From contig CM120642.1 of the NCBI GenBank assembly GCA_051362555.1, positions 13,764,001 through 13,828,000 of the forward strand: 64,000 nucleotides of DNA, written 5' to 3'. Made by a program: the position numbers and the translations under genes. Origin of the DNA: Lingula anatina. Its lineage: Eukaryota; Animalia; Brachiopoda. Shown piece by piece: positions 12,901 through 27,461 of the stretch (positions are counted from its first letter, which is position 1; each line of letters begins with the position of its first letter). A model generated the notes under the pieces. The model was not told the DNA's origin and ran no database searches. It saw only the letters and a list, made by a program, of their open reading frames with translations.

Positions 12901-15900
12901 GTGGATAAATTATTTTCTAAGATATATATAATTAATCACCAAAACGATGTATATTAAATAAATTATTGAGATGTATTTTATCCATTTTGCTTCGTACATC
13001 TCAGTGCTTTGGTTTGCATCACAACCTCAAAACTTAGCCGTTCCCGTTCTACATACGTAGTTAAAATTGTTCAAACGAACTATTTTTATAAATCTTGTAG
13101 TGAGTGGCCTTTGTGAAGCACATTCCTGAATTCATACCTCTGGTTATATGACTTCATCTTCAATTTTTGTGTGAAATAGGCCGATTTCGTCACAAATTCG
13201 ACCCTTACATCTTTCAAAAAATTAATTAGTCAGTAACAGCTGCTTCGATATGGTTTTGTTGAGATATTTTGTAAACTGTAATAACACATGTCATTTGAGA
13301 CGTAAAATGATAAACAAAAGAGATAGTGCTTCTTAGGTGGTCATCATGTCTTCCTGTCTACACCCTCAGTCTCACTCTTAATCTCTTCATTTTTTTCGAT
13401 AGTATTACTCCGGAATAGCCTAATCTATAATAGAGTACCGACTCCATTTTATTAGAAACTGCTCTCAGTGGCTGTGGTTAAGTTTACGGTTATTGCTAAG
13501 ATAGAGTAATTTAGGCAATTTAGATTACGAGATTTAAATGGGATATCTGTAGACAATAGGCTAGGGTCATCACGATGGTAATGATACCATGATCATAAGA
13601 GCATTATTAAGGACAACTTGCTCTTCCCATGACTGTTTATCTTTATCAAAATAAAGCATGTTTCTGCGAAGTAGACTAATGAATCTAAATCAGCATTCTT
13701 CAAAAAATATCTTCATATGCGATTTAAATGATAGATCTTCAAATGGCCAAGCATCCTTTCAATAAAATTTATGTAAATTTTAGCGTCTCATCCATCCATC
13801 TCATCCATGCTACAACCGCATTTTTAACTTTTTTCAAATGGTGTTAAAGTAACTCTACCCACTTTTTTATAAATTTATTGACATACAATTTGTACCCGTG
13901 CAATGTGGCAGATACACACGCTTCCTTGCCTAGGGCCTGGATTACACATATCAGAGGATTTCCTTTGACATATTTATAGACCTATCAAGGAGATTGAACA
14001 GCAGGATATGAGTTTCAGTGACGAGTGACAATTTGAGGAGTAGCATTTCTGAGAAAAATAATCAAAGTTCTTACGCATGTCACCCATCACGTGACTGCCA
14101 CTGCGCAGCGGTATTCTGCTTTATGACGGCATTAGCCATTTCAATCGCTACTCACACGTCAAGATTTACGTCGCTTTTTCCTTTGTTCTTTGACTTCTCA
14201 GTCTTGAATTGCTTAGACAAGAAGTAAATCTTCGGGATTAAAGGGCTTCAACTTGACATACGAATGCTTTAAAACAGGTGCATTGAATACGTGTAATTTA
14301 TAACACAGTCCTCTGTCATGATTCTTCCTTTAGAGTTTGCAATCCGTGGTGTGTGCACGTTTTATAATGAAATAAGAATCATCTTTATTTATGCTTTAAA
14401 ATTAAGAGAAATTAAATGAATCCTGTTAAATAGGCACCTCGCTGACGCACCAAGATAATCATTTTTGGCATTTGAATTAATGACTTATTTGTTGTTGATT
14501 TAGAGTACATTCCCTTTAAGAAAGAACTAAAATATTCACTACAGATCAGTGGTTTTACATGCAAAACAGGGATGCTTTAGAAATATTGAGACTGTATATA
14601 CACGTTCAGGGGTCCTTTTTGATCTCCATTTTCACAAGTCTGCAAAGGGTATATAGGCTTTTTCCAGACCCCTTCCTTCCTCCTTCAGGGTGACTAGGCA
14701 AAAAGCTGAAAATTATTAACTTGAACAACAATTTGGATCATCATTTTATCATTTTACAAAAGCGTGCAGAAGGCATTAATCCCCCCACCACCACCACCAC
14801 CACCACCACCACACACCCCCCCACCCCCAGCGTACAGTTTGTAGAACTGTGAAAATGATGGTAAAAATGGATCACCCCTTAGTTTAACTTGTATATTTAT
14901 GTATGTTGTGCTAGATAAGTCTCCTGTGGATGAACTGCAACAGTTGTATTATATCGGATAGAAAAATTAAAATTACCATATTTTATTACGGCTATTGATA
15001 GCCAATGGCAGGACCGTTTTTTCTATGATAACGACAAAGGATTCTGAAGGGGCTTTGCGGGGGGGGGGGGGGTGCAACGAACTCTCTGTCTGGCCTCTCT
15101 AACAGAAAACATACTCATTTGTTTTAGAAAACGAAAACCCTCCAGTTGGAAGCATTTAATTAGATGTTTCACGTATAGAGGGAGGTGTGCAGCATTAGCA
15201 GTGGGATTTGAAGTCGAACCCCCTCTCTGAAATGTTAGATCCACCTTTGCCAGGGTCTTTTAGGTCGTCCGCTTCAAAGACCTTGTCCCTTTAATGAAAT
15301 ATAGGTATAGGGACATTGAAAACGACATGGGCATTTAAACAGCAAGGCAGTCGGTAATACAAATCCCTACGATATCCGCTTTAACTTCATTCCCCATTTC
15401 CGTCTCAGGGCAATAACGTGAAAGTAAATGTAATTCTCAAATTGTTCGTGACGCTCTTATGCTACAGTGACGGTGAAAAACAAATGACCTTTTTTTAACT
15501 GACAGCCTCTGTACTGGAAATGCCGAGTAACAAGAACACAAAATGTTGCAAGGTTTCTAACAATCCTCTAAGTGCTTCAAAGAGACTGAATGCAAGGACC
15601 ATATTGCCAATAGACCTACATGAAAAGCTAATCATTTTGAATTTGAACAAAGAACATTTGCGAGGTTTCTAGTCATCGTCATTATTTTGCCTCATCCATC
15701 CCTGACAAGGTCTCCTAACATGCACTGGCATGAAAATTGTGTAAAAAGTCCGCCTTCTGCACATGCTGATCGATGGAATATACACAACAGGCAACGTTTG
15801 ACAGGCCTACCGCAGCCGACTTTACAAGGTTACAGAGAGGAAACGAATCGATAGGCAACAATCCGCCGTTCAACCGGCGCATGGTCAATATCAATTGCAT

Positions 15901-18900
15901 TTGACTGCTGCAGGAGCTTCTTTAAATATCGGTGATCATACAGTCTTATAAAGGGATTGAACAAAACAGTTCTTTTTCCAGCTGGTTATGTTTTCGATAG
16001 AATGCGCCATTAGCCAAAATTGAAACTTGTTATACAACCGTGTTCTTTCAATACAAAAGACTTACTGTTAACAATGGTGCTTCTCTTCAAATTAAACGAA
16101 AGTCCCCCAAGATAAGATATCAGGGCCAGGGTATCAGGTTCAAACAGGAGCGAGTTCTTGGCACGAAGTACCCCATAGAAACAAATGTTAATAGTCTTTT
16201 CGATACTTTTCCCTCGATGCTCAAACAAGCCTTCTAGGTCGCTTAATGAACATCGTTCGGAACGTATAACGAATATTGGGGTAATAATGTTTTAGCCTTG
16301 TAATTTTTTAGTCACATTACTGACCAGTCACAAAAATTGGTACGTTTCGAACAAAAATATCGCCCCCTTCGCATTTAAACTAATTATTGCCTTTAGTAAA
16401 TCGGACGCTTAAGCTTTCTGTTTAAGTTGCTTGTGTCCCCTATCCATCAGCCTTCTTAGTCAAATCACAATGTTATGAGCGTTTGTCCTGCAAAACTATG
16501 AACATACGTACGAGAATAACTAATGTGTTCTTTCTCAAGGTGGTTGCTTAGAGCATTAAGATTATGGATGTATGTGTGGGCAGCATCTTTTTCAGGCACT
16601 TAATATCAGCACCTAAGTTGTTGTTCTGATATAAGGCATTATTGATATGCTGTTAAACTACTATAGTCTGAGGTGTGAGGAATTTGGATTGGAATTAACG
16701 AGCTTGCAGGCAGTAAAAATCATAAAGGCTGTTTTGATATCTTGGTGGTTAAATTTTCGTGCATATTGTCTGCGATAAAATGGGTTTCATCATACGTGTA
16801 GGAGACGTATTGTTTAAACCACAATGCAAAAGATAAAGTGAATATTAATTGGCAAGTATTCATAATCTATTCATCGTCATAGTTTTTGCTTATTATGCCC
16901 TGTATGTCTTGTTTCACAAGCAAGCCAAATGCTCAGGAAATGCCCGTTTAGTAAGTTACACTTGGAAACGCGAAATTAGATATTTTGATAATGTATTTAT
17001 TTACACGTCGTTCGATTTTTAGAGCCGGATTTTTGAGTTAAGTCTCTGAAAGACTTCACATTATATGCTTAATGATATATGTATCTATTTAATATCACCG
17101 TAGATTATCCACATTGTACTACACGATACGCCCCGCCTCCATTTCTTTACCTAACAGAATTTATCATGAAGGACTAGTCAGTACGCACTGAGCAATCAAA
17201 ACGTTTATTATAATACTTTAAAGAGCTAGGATACAAGCGAGAGCTCATCAATCACCGAGTCCTGCAATATTAAGCACTTACACGAAAGCAATCACGCCAT
17301 TTTTTCGACTCCGCTCAATGTTGAGTTAAACCAAAACAAGAATGTTAAATTTCTGGGAGACTACCTAAACAGAGAACCAATTTTGGGGTTTCAATTTCAT
17401 CAAAAGTTTAAAACATTCAACAAAAAAATGAATTGGCAGAGAAGCTGATAGCTTTCAGTGTTAATTAAGCACCTTGGTAGATTGTAAAGGAACAGTAAAA
17501 ATGATCGCATGGTAGTGGTGGACCTAGAAAACAGAAAGAAACCTTTGACAAGACAACAGCTCTAGAACCATTTAACCAAATCATTTATGCGAATGTTTCT
17601 CCTTTGAAAAAGAAAATTATTATAGAAATTCTGAAATAAGGATAATAACGAATATTGTGAGAGGTAATGACCAATCTGCTCATGGCTTTCATTAAATTTA
17701 CCGACAAATTTAACGGCGAGGCATGAAGTTTGCAGTAGGTGGTCGCTTCCTTGATGTTTCTATCTTCAACACAATTCTTAATTTCATTTAGCGGTTGCTT
17801 CTTTTTTATGGAACAAAAGTAATTTTCCTTGTATCTTTATTGGTTTAAAAGTAAACCTATAACTATCATTTTATTATCCATAAAACTTATCATCCATATG
17901 CACAGATTACAAGACAAAGTTATACTTCCTTGGAAAAAACGTCGACCTCGTAGCCATCAACAGCGATAATGGACTCTCATATAGTGATAGCGACAGAAAG
18001 CCAATTACAGGGAAAAAAGTGGCATAAATCCCTGATTGAAATAACCGCTTTCCAGTGTTCACCGTTATCAGAAAAGAAGCATCATTGACCTTCAAGACTA
18101 TCTCTTCTTTCTGCTAGTATGAATATCCATTAAGTGTAAATTGGAAAGCTGTCCTTTTATGACCTTTCTGTATATGCAATTATTCTTCAGAACAGTGATT
18201 TGATGCCTTCCCTATTTTTCAAAGCTTCAACGTGTTCAAATTTTGTTTGTTGTATTGGCTTTAATATATAAGAGATTTAATCCCATGGTCATATTTTGTA
18301 AAGCACTGACGGAAAAGTGTGTTAATCGTGTCGATATTTTTCATATTGAAGCGGTTAAATCAATCACTTCAATTATTTGAGGAGAATGTTGTTTTATGAA
18401 GCCAGGTATGAACTAGCTACCCTTATGTCCCAGTGATGATTTTGCCTCAAATACACTCGATCTCACACTTTATTCGGGCGCGGGGCGTTTTCGGCCGTTA
18501 CCTGTCTCATTGCCTCCCTCTCCGCTGCGAGAGGCATTTGTTTAGAAAAAGGGTGCAATGTTTTTGGCTAAAAAAGATTATTTTTCTCTGTAAAGACCAT
18601 GGTTAACAATGTTAACCACAAAGCTGAGGGAAACTTCGAAATCTAACCTACACCTATGTTCATTTGAAATTGCGTACACTTGGACGTGTCCAATTATTTA
18701 GATTAACAAAAGGGTTGGTTTAGCTATATTGTTTCTCCCGATGTCTCAAACATCTCATAAATGTACAAGGGCATTTAACACGAAGACAATGCTTTACCAG
18801 GCAAGTCGCGTTTGTCCCCGCTCGTCGCTTGGCAACCACTGTAAACATTTGCTGCATTTCAAAGCAGCGACAAGTGTCTACAATCGACTGGGGTATTCAT

Positions 18901-20786
18901 AACAGATCATTAACAAATTGTAATGGAGTTGATGCATCGAAGTGCATCGTGTGGCTTTGTAAAAACAACAACAGGAGAACGCGAAGCGCTGTATTTTGAA
19001 TTGAACGAGGAGTTAAATATGATATTGGGCGTATTGTCTCTGGCTATGTTCTGTAGAAAAGGGTTTACTGTCAATGATTTTTGCGTCAGCACACGATTGC
19101 TTTAGCAGCCAAAATCTATTCTTAAGATGCAGCTTTGTTCAGTTCTAAGTCCAATGCTGATGTGCGTATTTACAGCGGCTACACGTATATAAAAGCTGCA
19201 AGGGCTAATTTTGACTTGGTTAATTTAGAAATGGGAAGTCAAAGCTGAGGAAAAAAAGCGAAGAGAGCTGATATGTACAATGTATGTAAATCTAAGGGCT
19301 GGGCTGGCATAGGTTGTTGTATAACCTTTCTGGCGGGCATTTCGGAGGAGCTTCTGTAGTGCAATAGAATTACACAATCAGTGCAATAATATGATTGCAA
19401 TTAATGATGATTCAGCTTTAGCAATATTTACTTATATTTACACGAGAAGTGCTCCACCGCCTGGGTGCCTGACAGCAAATAAGGGAGAGTTTCTGAATTA
19501 GGTGCGCCGTGCAAGCATCCCTACGACATGTTGCATGAAAGAGCAATTTTCAAAATTCAAGTCATTCATACAAACTTTTTTCAAAGAAAATTGCTTTAGA
19601 AGTACGAATAAGGCAATTTCCACGCATTTAAGAACAACGGCGAGGCAGAAAATTGCTCCAAGGCGACATAATAGTTGATAATGGGTGCCGGCAGCAGTTC
19701 ACTCATAACAAAGACCTGCTGATGTGGACCGTATAAAATTTGACATCCTCTAACATTCACATTAATTTATTAGACAGATTACTACATCCGCACATCGATT
19801 CACAGACGCTTTTGTATCTCATGCAAACCGTCTATTAATATGTCCGGGTGAACGCACTCTGCAGAAGTCCACCCTAGTTTTGCGGTGGGTTTTTTTCCCC
19901 ATTATTCACATGAGTTTACAGCTTCAGATGTACAATTATCTAAAGTAGGCTACTTTTGGTCAGTGTGTACACCCGCACATCCATGTTAAATTTTACGTCA
20001 CATTTATGACTACTAACATACTTCCATTGTCACGTAAATACATGAAGCAAATTCACATTTCACTGGTCCAAATATGATATGAAGTGTCTCCGGTCTATAT
20101 CTAAATATAAATGTTCCAAAGTAGAATAATCTGAACTGGTAAATAAATAAAAACAACACAAAACAAAACCAGCAGTGGTTAGTTTTCCCCAACCGATATA
20201 ATCAGTTTTTTGTTTGTTTGTTTGTTTGTTTATTTTATTATTATTATTATTAATTTTTTTTGATGATGATACAATTGAAACCGGTCAAGGGAAACTAACT
20301 TCTGTTGTTTTTGTTTTGTTTTGTTTAATATCTATATATTTAAAATGCATATTTAGCGAAAATGGTTTCCTGTCCAAAACCAGCATCCAGTGTCAATAAA
20401 AATTGTTGCTCCATTCTTCAAGTCTTCTTTATCACAGTAGACAATGATAAAATGGAAGCTAGAGTATTTATAATCTTTTATTTACACATGACTTGAGATC
20501 AGAAATATAGCCGTGGCTGCAATTTGTGATAATGTCTCGACAGCGTCTAATTTGGTTGATTATGAACTGCTCATCGCGTGTGGGTATTTGTCTATAGTGA
20601 TTATTTTCTGTCTCTATTCATTTTTTTGTGTTAAAGCGGTTAAACATACCGGTGTTCTGTTACATTTACTCATTACTGTTTTCGTGACAGAAAAGGGAAG
20701 CTTTGAAAGGTTCGTGATGAATTACTAATTTGAATGCTGAATAATTTGATGATTAATCTACATGTTACAACCACATTGTTTTTATT

Positions 20787-20825
<39 letters not shown>

Positions 20826-21077
20826 TTGTTATTGAATATATGTCTGCATGGTTCCTATGTGTATGGTAAAATACTCAATTTGAGATTATATATTTAAGGA
20901 AATGCATACCGTTTCTCCACCTATGCTATTGTCTCGCTTTGAGCTCAATTCAGAAATAGACAGCAGTGTAAAGGTATGGTATTTAAATAACTCCGGAAAA
21001 GGTATAGTATTTAGACAATTTCATTAAAAAACAAAATACGCAAGAAACACGCAAGGCGTGTCGTTTCCAAATAACAA

Positions 21078-21584
21078 AGACTGGGTTCCCACCCCTAGAT
21101 CGATCTAACAGGATCGGTCCATCTCCACGGGGCCACTCGCTGAATTGCTTTCAGCCCAAGCGGCTTAGACGTCTTGGACGCCCACTAAAGCTGCTATACG
21201 ATAGTTAATTACCCCCTATCAGCCTCAGCAGGCGTGACAGACATCTAAGCCGCCCAAGTTAATTGCAATTAAGCGAGAATCCCCTCGGAGATAGTTCGAT
21301 CCAAAGTTAGTACAATAGTCTCTGGGATTCGTCTCATAGACTGGGTTCCCATACTTAGATCGATCCATCTGGATCGACCTAACTCCCTGGGGGTTCACGC
21401 TTAATTGCTATCAGCCCAAGAGGCTTACATGTCTGTTTCGCCTACCGAATCAGTTAGGGGTAAAGGTTATTAGCCCCCAAACAGCTTTACTAGGTGTGAC
21501 AGACGTTTAAGCCGGTTAGTTTGATAGCAATTTAGCGAGACTCCCTAGGGAGATAGATCGATCCAAATATCTATGGGAATGGTC
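21078..21584 (+). mobile_element. Two tandem ~250-260-bp fold-back (palindromic) repeat units
   Basis: Both start AGACTGGGTTCCCA (21078, 21338); internal nested inverted repeats; related to 25413-26076, 55563-55785 and 57234-57480. Confidence 0.8.
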
Positions 21585-23894
21585 CCAATGACGCGTATTC
21601 TGAAGATGGGGGAATGGTTAAGTCAGATTAAACAACATCAGCCGATCATCATTTCATAAATATGCCAATAGCTGATTGAACAGTGCTTGCCTTGAGTCAA
21701 GTTGGGATGGTGGGATTTAGTTGACCATGGATAAAAAATGTACGAAGGTCAAAATTGCACGTAAATAGATGCACCAGAGAGATGGAGACCCCCTTCGAAT
21801 CTCATATTAACATGCAAAGATGTATTTTCCAAGCATCTAAATGATTTAAAGGGTAAAATTTAACATAAAGACAATCAAAGCTATACAGAATTGAGATCGT
21901 GCTACATGTATGACTTCAGGTTGAAAAAAAAAACTAATACATTATTGGGTGCTGTTTTGGCAATTCATTTGTCTTTGGGTGATACGTTTTGTTGAACGAA
22001 ATGTCAAATTCTCCCCCTGAAGGCGATTGCTGATATTAGATTAAGGCGAGAAACATTGCCAGCTTTTTTCACACTCACACAGCACTCTGTGTTGGAAGTG
22101 GGCTGATTCAGGAATCTCGCCCTTTCTCCAAATACAATCTTTACCCACACCCCCCTGTTTACAGAAACGGACATCTTAATACATCTTAATACTTTGATTC
22201 AATAATTTGATTCAATTTTTTATCCACCTCCACAGCACTCCACTCAGCCTTTACAATTATTGCAATCTTACAAACTTGTCTCAAGCTTTATGAAATAACC
22301 TGGTCTGAAAATAAGAATAAAACACTTTGACAAAGCTGATAAAGACAGGCCTTCGTGTCTGTACAATGAAGTCTGATTCTAAAGTAGGTCAATATTCTGC
22401 GAACTAGAATATCGATTGCTGGTTTAATGGATTGAGAAGTAAATGGAATTTTTGCTGGTAATAACAGGATGGTAATAGAGCATATATAGTACGTGTAGCC
22501 CAGATCTCGGTCATTCAGCCGAAGAATGGAGATTTCTAAATAATGTGCCTTAATTTGATATGGACGAGAAAAGATGCAAAGTTTATTAAAACAAGGTGAT
22601 GTGTATCAAAGTTGCGACCGTATTTCAGAGTGATAACATAGCATAAGATAGGCCCATGCTTTATCTTATTGGATTTTCAATCTTAAAAGCAATGTACATA
22701 TTTGATGTAGGGAAAGCGAAATGATGTGTAGTGAGAGGATATCTAATATCATTTGTATAGAACTGATGGTTTGAACGCTAGGCCTACTCTCTCCAATTTA
22801 AATGGAGATATTGTTACTACTGTTCATCTCTCTGGCGTCTATGAAGTCTTTTGATTTTTTTGAAGAAGCTTGCGATTCCCTGTCGTTTTTTTTTTCATTT
22901 TGCTTTATACCCCACCACCAGTGATAAAAAAGTTAACCATAATTCATAGGTAATTCATTCGACACAGTAAGTGATGAATACATGAACGATACATGCTGCG
23001 ACTACCCCTTTGTGCAGAGGTGGGGCAGGGTACTAGATCCCACATTTGTTTTGGAAGTGAGTGGGGCATGATCACTGTTCCCCTATGGATCCATGTCAGT
23101 CTTTTGTTTCCTTTTTCCAGAAGCTCTGTTATCGGTTGCCGCACTGATTGCTTATTCACAGCCCACTTTTCTAAACGTGAATAGAGCCTGGGTCTTATTA
23201 CCTAAATGCTATAAAAATCATTAATTTGCAAATAGAATCAGTTTCAATATTCGGGGAACCACAGAGTATATTCAAGGTGCATGTATTACACTGTGGTTCA
23301 ATCAGTAAAATTGCTGGGAGTTTGTCGTCAAACTAAGGCCTTGAGATGAGACACTCAGTATCCAGGTGTAGGTCCTGGCTTTTCTGTTATGTTTACATAT
23401 ATACTTTTGTCACCAGCATTGTTTGCAACAAGAAATTGAATTCTACCCTTTAATGAAATAGCAAAGAGGAAGAGCTTCAACAACTCTTAGACAACCAGGG
23501 TTGTTTATGGGAAGACGCTTTTGTGATATTAAGGATACTATACAGAAAATGTCATTTTGTGTATTAAGTGCATTTATGTTTAATGTATATAGGGTACTTG
23601 TTATGCAGTTCGGCGTGTGTTGTTAATGTATGGTGAAGAGCAATGCATTTGAGATGCGTATGTGTTGCCCGCGTTTTCTTATTGTTGTATCTGTACTCTT
23701 TCTGCTGTAATATTTTAAGATACAATATTATAGAATGCACGTAAAAATATTTCCGGTAAAGTGGTGTATTTTATTTGCTTATGTTAATCGTTATTAATTG
23801 CTTGATATTACAAAGATTTGTGTTGGCCAGCTTGATTGAGTGCGCATCGGTATATTTTTGTGTTCAGCGCGTTTTGCCTTAAATTATAAAAGCT

Positions 23895-23896
<2 letters not shown>

Positions 23897-23936
<40 letters not shown>
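23897..23936. repeat. (GT)n microsatellite
   Basis: Direct reading. Confidence 0.95.
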
Positions 23937-23940
<4 letters not shown>

Positions 23941-24303
23941 GCGCATGTAAAAAAACGTTTGAGTACATGTAGGTCAGTGCGCTGTCGACTAAATGTATCG
24001 AAAATAACTTCCTCATTTTCATAATAATTAACGAATCAGTTATTAAGGGGGGGGGGGGAGAATCAGCGTTATTTTTAATCAGTAGACACGGTGCACTAGG
24101 ACTTAAAACTGGGCTAGGCCTATTCCACCATCATAACAGCTGCACATCGATATCGCTCCAATTGTCATTGTATGGTTTACATTATGGTGGTATTGATTTT
24201 TTTTCGAAAAGACCGTATGCTTGGCTGGCTTGTTTTAGGCATTAACCAAGAGGTCAGGCAGTAATTGCATTAGCCCTTGCTGCACGGCCGTCTGGTTTTT
24301 GTC

Positions 24304-24305
<2 letters not shown>

Positions 24306-24357
<52 letters not shown>
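24306..24357. repeat. Compound (CT)n(AT)n microsatellite
   Basis: Direct reading. Confidence 0.9.
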
Positions 24358-24569
24358 GTTTGAAATTTTGGCCTGTAGATCCTTTATGCATTTTTATTTT
24401 TATATGTCTATTTTTTCTTTTGTACGTGTATATGTGTGTGTATGTGTGTGCGTATCTGGGTGTGTCTGTATGTGTGCGTGTACGTGTACATACACGTACA
24501 AAAGAAAAAAAATAGACATATAAAAATGAAAATGCATGAAGGATCTATATATAGGCCTAGTTTCAAACA
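24357..24569. repeat. Inverted repeat with ~75-bp arms around a TG-rich spacer
   Basis: ...TTTTTATATGTCTATTTTTTCTTTTGTACGTGTAT pairs with ATACACGTACAAAAGAAAAAAAATAGACATATAAAAA... Confidence 0.85.
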
Positions 24570-24702
24570 AACCTTTTGCTCTTTTGCATGCATGGTATGC
24601 TGTATTTTGTCAAATGTGTATGTCAGTTGTACAATTGTGACAATTCTTTACACTATATGTTGATGAAACAAACTACATTTCATCATGAAGAAACAGGAAT
24701 AT

Positions 24703-24784
24703 TTATGCATTACGAATATTGATAAGAACCTAAGTAGTTGAAATTATGCATTACGATTATTGATAAGAACCTAAGTAGTTAAAA
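24703..24784 (+). repeat. 41-bp tandem duplication
   Basis: TTATGCATTACGA(A/T)TATTGATAAGAACCTAAGTAGTT(G/A)AAA twice. Confidence 0.85.
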
Positions 24785-25200
24785 TTAATAGTCTACTTAA
24801 AAATATGACTTACTGTATTTGGTAAATTTCCCATATTATATTTACAATCACTACAAATGCATAAGATCGCGTGGATGAGAGCACACACTCACTCAGTTGC
24901 TAGTTTAGTCATTCGTTCGCTTGTTCGCTCGTTCGAGAGAGAGAGAGAGAGAAAGAAAAAAGGATGCGGTAACTCTATACGGAGTGTGGATGCGTTTGCG
25001 TTTGCATTGTTGCGTTTGGATGAAGGTAAGAAGTAACGATTTAGCCACAAATTTCAAGAATGTCATTGTCTTTAGACAATATATCAAAGATCCGAATCGT
25101 ATGTCTGTCATTAATGTACATGATCATCTATTTTTTACAAAAAAAAAAAAAAAATCAAAAGATTAGGAATTTTCAGAAACTTTCCTTAACTCTCTTGTAC

Positions 25201-25306
25201 TCCGTTTGAATATATGGTACTGCTAACCATCATAGCAAACTGCATCGTGCTGGCACTTGAGGAACACCTTCCAAATAACGATAGGACACCTCTAGCACTA
25301 CAGCTG
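25201..25306 (+). CDS. cac: Cav2 exon 2 (IS1: [35 protein letters not shown])
   Basis: Preceded by U12 branch site TTTCCTTAAC (25181-25190) and AC acceptor; ends CTG|gtaagt; 106 nt. Confidence 0.96.
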
Positions 25307-25412
25307 GTAAGTAGGCAAGCCATAGACACTATGAGAGTTACTAAGTTACAAACGTATTTATTCAGTACAAGGTGTGTCAGCGCTTGGACATAATAACGTT
25401 ATTTTGTCCAAG

Positions 25413-26076
25413 GTCAGCGTGACCTCTAAGGGTGCCTTTACAAGAAGGGACCATTCTCAATGACACATCGGCCTACGTAGATCGGTCCAACTCTGCGGGG
25501 ACTCTCGGTAATTCCCATAGATTCTCGCTAAATCGCATTCAGTTTAAGCGGCTTAAATGTCTGTCACGCCCACTGCTAGTACGATAGGTTTATGGGAGCA
25601 ATCAGCTTAACAGATTAACACGCCTTCTTCTGGCGTCAAGTAGAATACAGAAAAGCTGGTGATTATACGAACACGGTGGAAACAAGAGGAGGTGTGTCAT
25701 TCAGTTAAGCTGATTGCTCCCATCAACCTATCATTAAAGCCGCTTAAACTGAATGCGATTTAGCGAGAATCTTCTCGGAGATAGATCGATCCTGCTAGTA
25801 TGATAGGGTTATGGGAATGGTTTATCGTACTACTCAGTAGCTGCTGCGCACTAACTCCACGGAGACTCTCGGTGAATGCAATCAGACAATCAGATTAATA
25901 AATTTACACGCCTCCTCTGCTGAGTAGAAAACAGAAAAGCTGGTGATTTATACGAGTACGTTGGAAACAAGAGGTGTGTTTATCTGTTCGTCTGATTGCA
26001 TTCAGCGTGACTCCCCGTTGAGTTAGTGCACAGTAGCTAGTACGATAGATTTGTCACCCTTAGAGGTCACGCTGAC
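25413..26076. mobile_element. Composite fold-back element with 22-bp perfect TIRs enclosing two hairpin modules
   Basis: GTCAGCGTGACCTCTAAGGGTG...CACCCTTAGAGGTCACGCTGAC; internal inverted GATTCTCGCTAAATCGCATTCAGTTTAAGCGGCTT pair; duplicated loop AGAAAAGCTGGTGATT...TGGAAACAAGAGG. Confidence 0.8.
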
Positions 26077-26584
26077 ACCTTTTTGATAAATAAATAATCT
26101 GTCCATGAATTGATATTCAGTTCAGATTTAATGTTGTACATGAATTGATTATTACTTGCGGTGCAGTCCAGCAAGTCTTTAATGCCCTTTTCACATCGTG
26201 CTGAATACTTGCCCGCATCACAAAGTTTTGAGAGATTGGCAAGTAATAACTATAACGAGAAAGAGAGGCTCGCCTAACAGAGCATACACGCTGCTCTGGT
26301 CTGCACGGCTGAATAATTAACTTAATTAAACAACAAGAAGCAAACTTTTGGAGAACTTGTGAAAGAGAGTAAAAATCTCTGGAACAAGTTATAACTTCTG
26401 AAAGTGCACTGGTACACACTGGGGCCTCTGTTCACAACGTGCGTTACGCGTATTTGTATTGAAATGCTTAGGGACAAAAACAACGCAATAGCCCAGCAAT
26501 TACGTATTGGAGCCATCTAAATGGGACCCTGTGCTTGACACGAACAGTTAACGGGATTGTGAGAAGGTAACTTGTGGAAGGGAA

Positions 26585-26615
<31 letters not shown>

Positions 26616-27461
26616 GTAACGCACTATGTGAAAACACAAAGGCGTGCGTCGCTCAGATATGCTCCTCGATGTGAAAAGGACCTAAATCGTATTCTTAAAT
26701 CTTTTAACATTTTGCAAATCGTGTCCATTTTTGGCACAGGCTGGGGCCGTAAGGGGATTCGATACGTTATGCTTTTTTTTCCTGTAATGTGGATATACAC
26801 ATTGTTAAGTTATGAAATAATTCTGTCACATCAAAGACACATCAGGGCGTCTTTTCTAATTCGAACTGATGATGTAACGGCAGCGTTATTTGGGCTTAAA
26901 AACTATATAACCCCCTTACTTGAACAGCTAGCAACACCGCTTCTAAGGCGCCTACTTAATCACAACAATAAGTAATAGGAAATTTTCTAGAAAGGTTTAC
27001 TTGTGATTTTATCAGCAAAAAGTCGAAATAATGCCTCTGATGAAAGGCACAACGCTGCAACCAAACGGTGGCATTGAATTGTAGTTCACACCCTAGCCGT
27101 CAACGACGCCATTGGAGGCCAATTTTCCTGATGATATCTTACTTTCTCATTGGCTTATTTCGGATACCGATCACTATGACACCAATTTACAAAGCAGCTT
27201 AATTGACTATTACGATTGATCACCTTGTGTACAGAAGCGAATGGGGTGGTAAATAAATGAAGGTGTTTATTTTTTATTGCATTAATGTTAAGATAAGTAT
27301 TTTACATAAATAAACGGGGGGGGGGGGGGGGGTATTTTGCCAACGTATCGAATCTATGAGCTTCTTAGAAATATATAAGGCGGGGGTGGGGGGGTGGGGG
27401 GGGGGGGGTGAAAGAAGCATATATCCATTGGAATTGAAAAAAATCTTTTTGTATTTTACAG

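Larger units (their letters stand above)
4210..25200 (+). other. U12-type (minor spliceosome) AT-AC intron, 20,991 nt
   Basis: 5' ATATCCTTTT; branch TTTCCTTAAC 10 nt upstream of the junction; terminal AC. Removal restores EWP|PFEY. Confidence 0.95.

Noticed and set aside
24299-24663. Several overlapping 60-75 aa ORFs
   Set aside because: Low-complexity translations of microsatellites and the inverted repeat.
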